Positions 60,575 through 64,000 of a stretch of DNA of 64,000 nt are shown in pieces. The DNA is from an uncultured delta proteobacterium (GTDB lineage Bacteria > Desulfobacterota > Desulfuromonadia > Geobacterales > DSM-12255). The notes under the pieces are model-generated. The model was given only the letters and a program-made list of their open reading frames with translations, made no database searches and was not told the DNA's origin. Each line of letters begins with the position of its first letter. Positions within the stretch are counted from its first letter, which is position 1. The translations under genes were made by a program, and so were the position numbers. The stretch lies in contig CAWBBV010000014.1 of assembly GCA_963787125.1 (NCBI GenBank), forward strand, positions 57,794 through 121,793, written 5' to 3'.

Positions 60575-60706
60575 AGCGAGATCTTTAGGATTTTTGCCAG
60601 TAGTAAATTTACCTACCATTTCACGGCGATTTCCAGTGGCAGACCGGTCTGGGGTTTCTCCCAGTCCGCGCCTCCTTGACTTCCTGTTTGAATCCGACAA
60701 CAAGGG
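60575..60706 (-). pseudogene. HU/IHF-family DNA-binding protein remnant
   Basis: LVVGF..EVKEARTGRNP / TGLPLEIA / VGKFTTGKNPKDLA across frameshifts. Confidence 0.65.
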
Positions 60707-60938
60707 CTAGTGAGTACACGAATCCGTGGGACTAATAATTTTGTTAATTACAGCAACGTGAATTTTCGGGAGAGTTCTGTTTCTCACTACTCGACCGGCG
60801 TCAATTTTTTATTCATCTGGACGGGTGTAATTTTGAGTGTTTTTACATTTTTCAAAAATTATAGGTGTTGTGAGTAGATCCATTGCGTGATAATGTCGCT
60901 AATCATTCTATTGCATGATGTGATTAGAGAGGTGATTA

Positions 60939-61435
60939 ATGGTCCAATATATATGGCAACGAGCTGATTGGCCCGATTTCTACTGGGACACGGCGCAACT
61001 GCTTGTGCCGCTTGGTGAATGCCGATTAGCACAGGGATGTCTGATCAGCCGGGTTGCCGGTCTGGGAGTCTCCCTGGAACTGCAGGCGCAGGCCGAAATT
61101 CTGATTGAAGAGACCATCAAAACGTCTGCTATCGAAGGGGAGCAACTCGATCCCCGGTCGGTCCGATCATCTGTTGCGCGGAGACTCGGCATACCCACAG
61201 CCGGCTTACCAACAGACCGGCGTATAGATGACTTGGTATCGGTACTGCTTGATGCCACACAAAACTGCGACACGCCATTAACCGCAGAACGCCTCTGGGG
61301 ATGGCAAGCTGCACTCTTCCCCTCTGGGTACTCGGGCATGCACAAGATCCAAGTCGGCTGTTGGCGGGAAGGCAATGAACCCATGAGGGTTGTATCCGGA
61401 CCGATCGGTCGGGAAAAGGTACACTATGAAGCGCC
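60939..61435 (+). pseudogene. Fic family protein (DUF4172 N-terminus) interrupted by IS21
   Basis: YIWQRADWP.F.W, TSAIEGE, MRVVSG..G.EKVHYEAP, then the IS left end. Confidence 0.85.
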
Positions 61436-61624
61436 TGTCGAGGACCATGGTAAATTTCCACTTTAGACAAGGTGTGACCAAAGTTATTTGCCACCCCCTG
61501 GGTCAACTTAATTTGCCAGTTTAGTCGATACCGGGACCAGAGTTATTTGCCACTTTGGATTTTTTAGGGGAGCCAACCAGCATGACAGTATTCTGCATGG
61601 AATTATTTCCAGACAGGAGCTGCT

Positions 61625-63173
61625 ATGTCGCGAAGGAGAATCCCCATGATCGAATTGAACGAAGTTGTCTATCACTGGCAAAAAGGGCAGAACAATAGTC
61701 AAATTGCCAGAAGTCTCGGCATTTCCCGGCCAACCGTCAGAAAGTATCTTGACGCGGCAAAGGCTGCCGGTCTTACCAGAGAAGATGGTGAAACACCCGC
61801 TGCCATTGCGGAGAACGTCATGGCCGCAGTAGCCAAGGCAGCCAAACCTGCTTCATCTGCTGTCGGTGCGGTGCAGGAGGTCATAGGCCTGCACAAAGAG
61901 CAGATAATCAGCTGGCTCGATGAGCCGAATATGACTGCCAAGCAGATCTGTCGCCTACTTGAAGAACAGGGCTACCCTTTCAACTACTCCAGTCTCAAAC
62001 GATACGTAAAAAAGCTTAAACCGGATAATTCCCAGAGAGACTGTCCGGTTGGAAACATCCGCCGGAGAACAGGCCCAGGTTGACTTTGGTCAGGTAGCCC
62101 TTACTCTGGGTGACCAGAAGAAGAGGGTCTGGGCCTTTGTCATGACCCTTTCTTACAGTCGCCATCGCTTTGTCCGCTTCGTTGAACGCCAGGACACAAC
62201 GAACTGGCTTGACTGTCATATCCGGGCCTTTGAATTCTTTGGCGGTTGCCCCAGAACCGTCCTTTTGGACAACCTCAAGGCTGGTGTTGTCAAAGCCGAC
62301 CTGTATGACCCGATCATCAACCGGGCGTATGCAGAACTAGAGCGGCATTACGGCTTTGTTGCCGATCCGGCCAAAGTGAGAACTCCGGAGCACAAAGGGA
62401 AAGTTGAGCGCTCCATGCCCACGGTGCGGCAGCAGCTGGCTGCCGGGCGGCAGTATCAGGATCTTGCCGACGCCAACGAAAAGGCGCTTGCCTGGTCACT
62501 AACCGGCATTGGCAAGGAAAAGCACGGCACCACTAAAGAAGAACCGCTGCTGCGCTTTGAGCGGGACGAGAAGAACACCCTTATCCCTTTGCCGGGCAGC
62601 AGGTTCGAGACCCCACTCTGGAAAGAGTGCACAGTTCACCCTGATCACCATCTGGTCTTTGACAAGAGCTACTATTCTGTTCCGACCAGATATGTGGGCA
62701 AAAAAGTCTGGGCGCGGGGCACCTTCCGCTTGACCGAGATCTTCCTTGAGGGAGAGTTGATCAAGTGCCATGTTCGGGCACACAAACCCGGCACATGGCG
62801 TACAGACGAAAACGATTATCCGGAAAAAGCCAAGGCGTTTCTTTTTGCTCACCCCACCTGGTGCCGCCAGCAGGCTGAGACATTCGGCGAAGATGTGGGC
62901 CGCATGGTGCGAGAAGTTCTGGAACCTCACTCTCTCCAGAATCTACGCAAGGCTCAGGCAGTCCTCAGATTTGCCGATAAGTATGGTGCTGCCAAACTCA
63001 ATGATGCCTGCCGGCATCTGCTCTCTTTTGGCTCCACATCAAGACAGAGCCTGCAAAGGATTCTGGAGAACGGTATCCCCAGGCAACAGGAGTTGCCGAC
63101 CGTCCCGGCCATTTCCACTGAAGGTGAACAGTGCCTGCATCCGGCAACCAGTTTCGGGGAGGTGGCAGCATGA
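61625..63173 (+). pseudogene. istA: IstA transposase, one frameshift near 62030
   Basis: HTH, GEQAQVDFG, LLDNLKAGV, HKGKVER. Confidence 0.85.
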
Positions 63174-63922
63174 GCATCTCCCCACTACTAACGTCCCGCT
63201 TGAAGCTGCTCAGACTCTCCGGCATTCTCGAATCACTGGACCTGCGGCTTGAGCAGGCACGAAGCAACAATCTCGGTTATCTGGAGTTTATGGAACTGAT
63301 TGTTCAGGATGAGACTGAACGCCGGGAAGCGAATACCCTTAATCAGCGGCTTAAGAAAGCTTCCTTTGAAGAGCCGAAGTGTATCGAAGAGTTTCAGTTC
63401 GCCCAGTTGACCGGGGTCAATGTGGCGGCCATCAAGGATCTAGCGACCGGTCTGTTCATCAGGAAAAAGAGCATGTGATTCTTTACGGCCCGCCAGGAGT
63501 GGGCAAGACCCACCTTGCTCAGGCACTGGGCAACCGGGCATGTCGCATCGGTCATTCCACCCTGTTTATCAAGGGAACCAAGCTGTTTCGAAACCTCAAC
63601 ACAGCAAGGGCTGACGGCACTTGGGAGAAAGCCTTGAGAAAACTCCTCGCTCCGGACCTTCTGATAATTGACGACTTCGGCCTCAGCGCCATGACCATGC
63701 CACAGGGTGAGGAGTTCTATGAAATCATTGCCGAACGCCACCAGCGAGGCTCTATAATTATCACTTCAAACCGTCCGCCAGGTGACTGGCTGTCGCTCTT
63801 CCCCGGATCAGGTGATGGCCAATTCGGCAATGGACCGACTGGCACACCGGGCTCATCACATTGCTATGAAAGGAGAGTCATTTAGAAAGAAAACAAGACC
63901 TCAAAAACCGTCAGCAGATTAA
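63170..63922 (+). pseudogene. istB: IstB helper ATPase, two frameshifts (~63466, ~63803)
   Basis: GPPGVGKTHLA, LLIIDDFG, TSNR, AMDRLAH, GESFR spread over three frames. Confidence 0.85.
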
Positions 63923-64000
63923 CTACAACGCTACCCCTGAAAATCCTAAAGTGGCAAATAACTTTGATCCTGGGGGTGGCAAATTAACCTGGTCCTTGAC

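Larger units (their letters stand above)
61436..64000 (+). mobile_element. IS21-family element (right end probably 1 nt beyond the window)
   Basis: IRL TGTCGAGGACCATGGTAAATTTCCAC vs IRR (rev. comp.) GTCAAGGACCAGGTTAATTTGCCAC; repeated ATTTGCCA motifs at both ends. Confidence 0.92.

Overview
Chromosomal window from a Geobacteraceae-like deltaproteobacterium (inferred from the surE-pcm-rpoS-apt and tatC-ribF-...-pilBTC-pilSR gene order). A housekeeping core (~13-26 kb and ~34-53 kb) is flanked by accessory DNA. 1-12.9 kb lies downstream of tRNA-Gly(GCC) and holds PPK2, SulP, a cytochrome P460-SorA-SorB-cytochrome c-TauE-DUF302 operon, an AAA ATPase/PD-(D/E)xK protein, hipBA and an IS110 remnant. 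A small mqsRA islet follows tRNA-Arg(CCT). Right of ~60.3 kb, a decayed tRNA-Gly(CCC) 3' fragment (probable att scar) is followed by a Fic gene interrupted by IS21. Two apparently identical 1671-bp IS copies with TAnnTA target duplications are present, and in both an outward-reading ORF at the IS end is in frame with the downstream host gene. The best candidates for undescribed biology are: (i) the P460/sulfite-dehydrogenase operon; (ii) a pil locus with no pilA, flanked by a TMEM260-like glycosyltransferase, a flippase-like protein, a methyltransferase and a GT9; (iii) the IS in-frame fusions; (iv) a putative leader-peptide attenuator before rluA-rhlE. Several decayed genes missed by the ORF track were also found. 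All calls come from reading motifs by eye; no searches were run.
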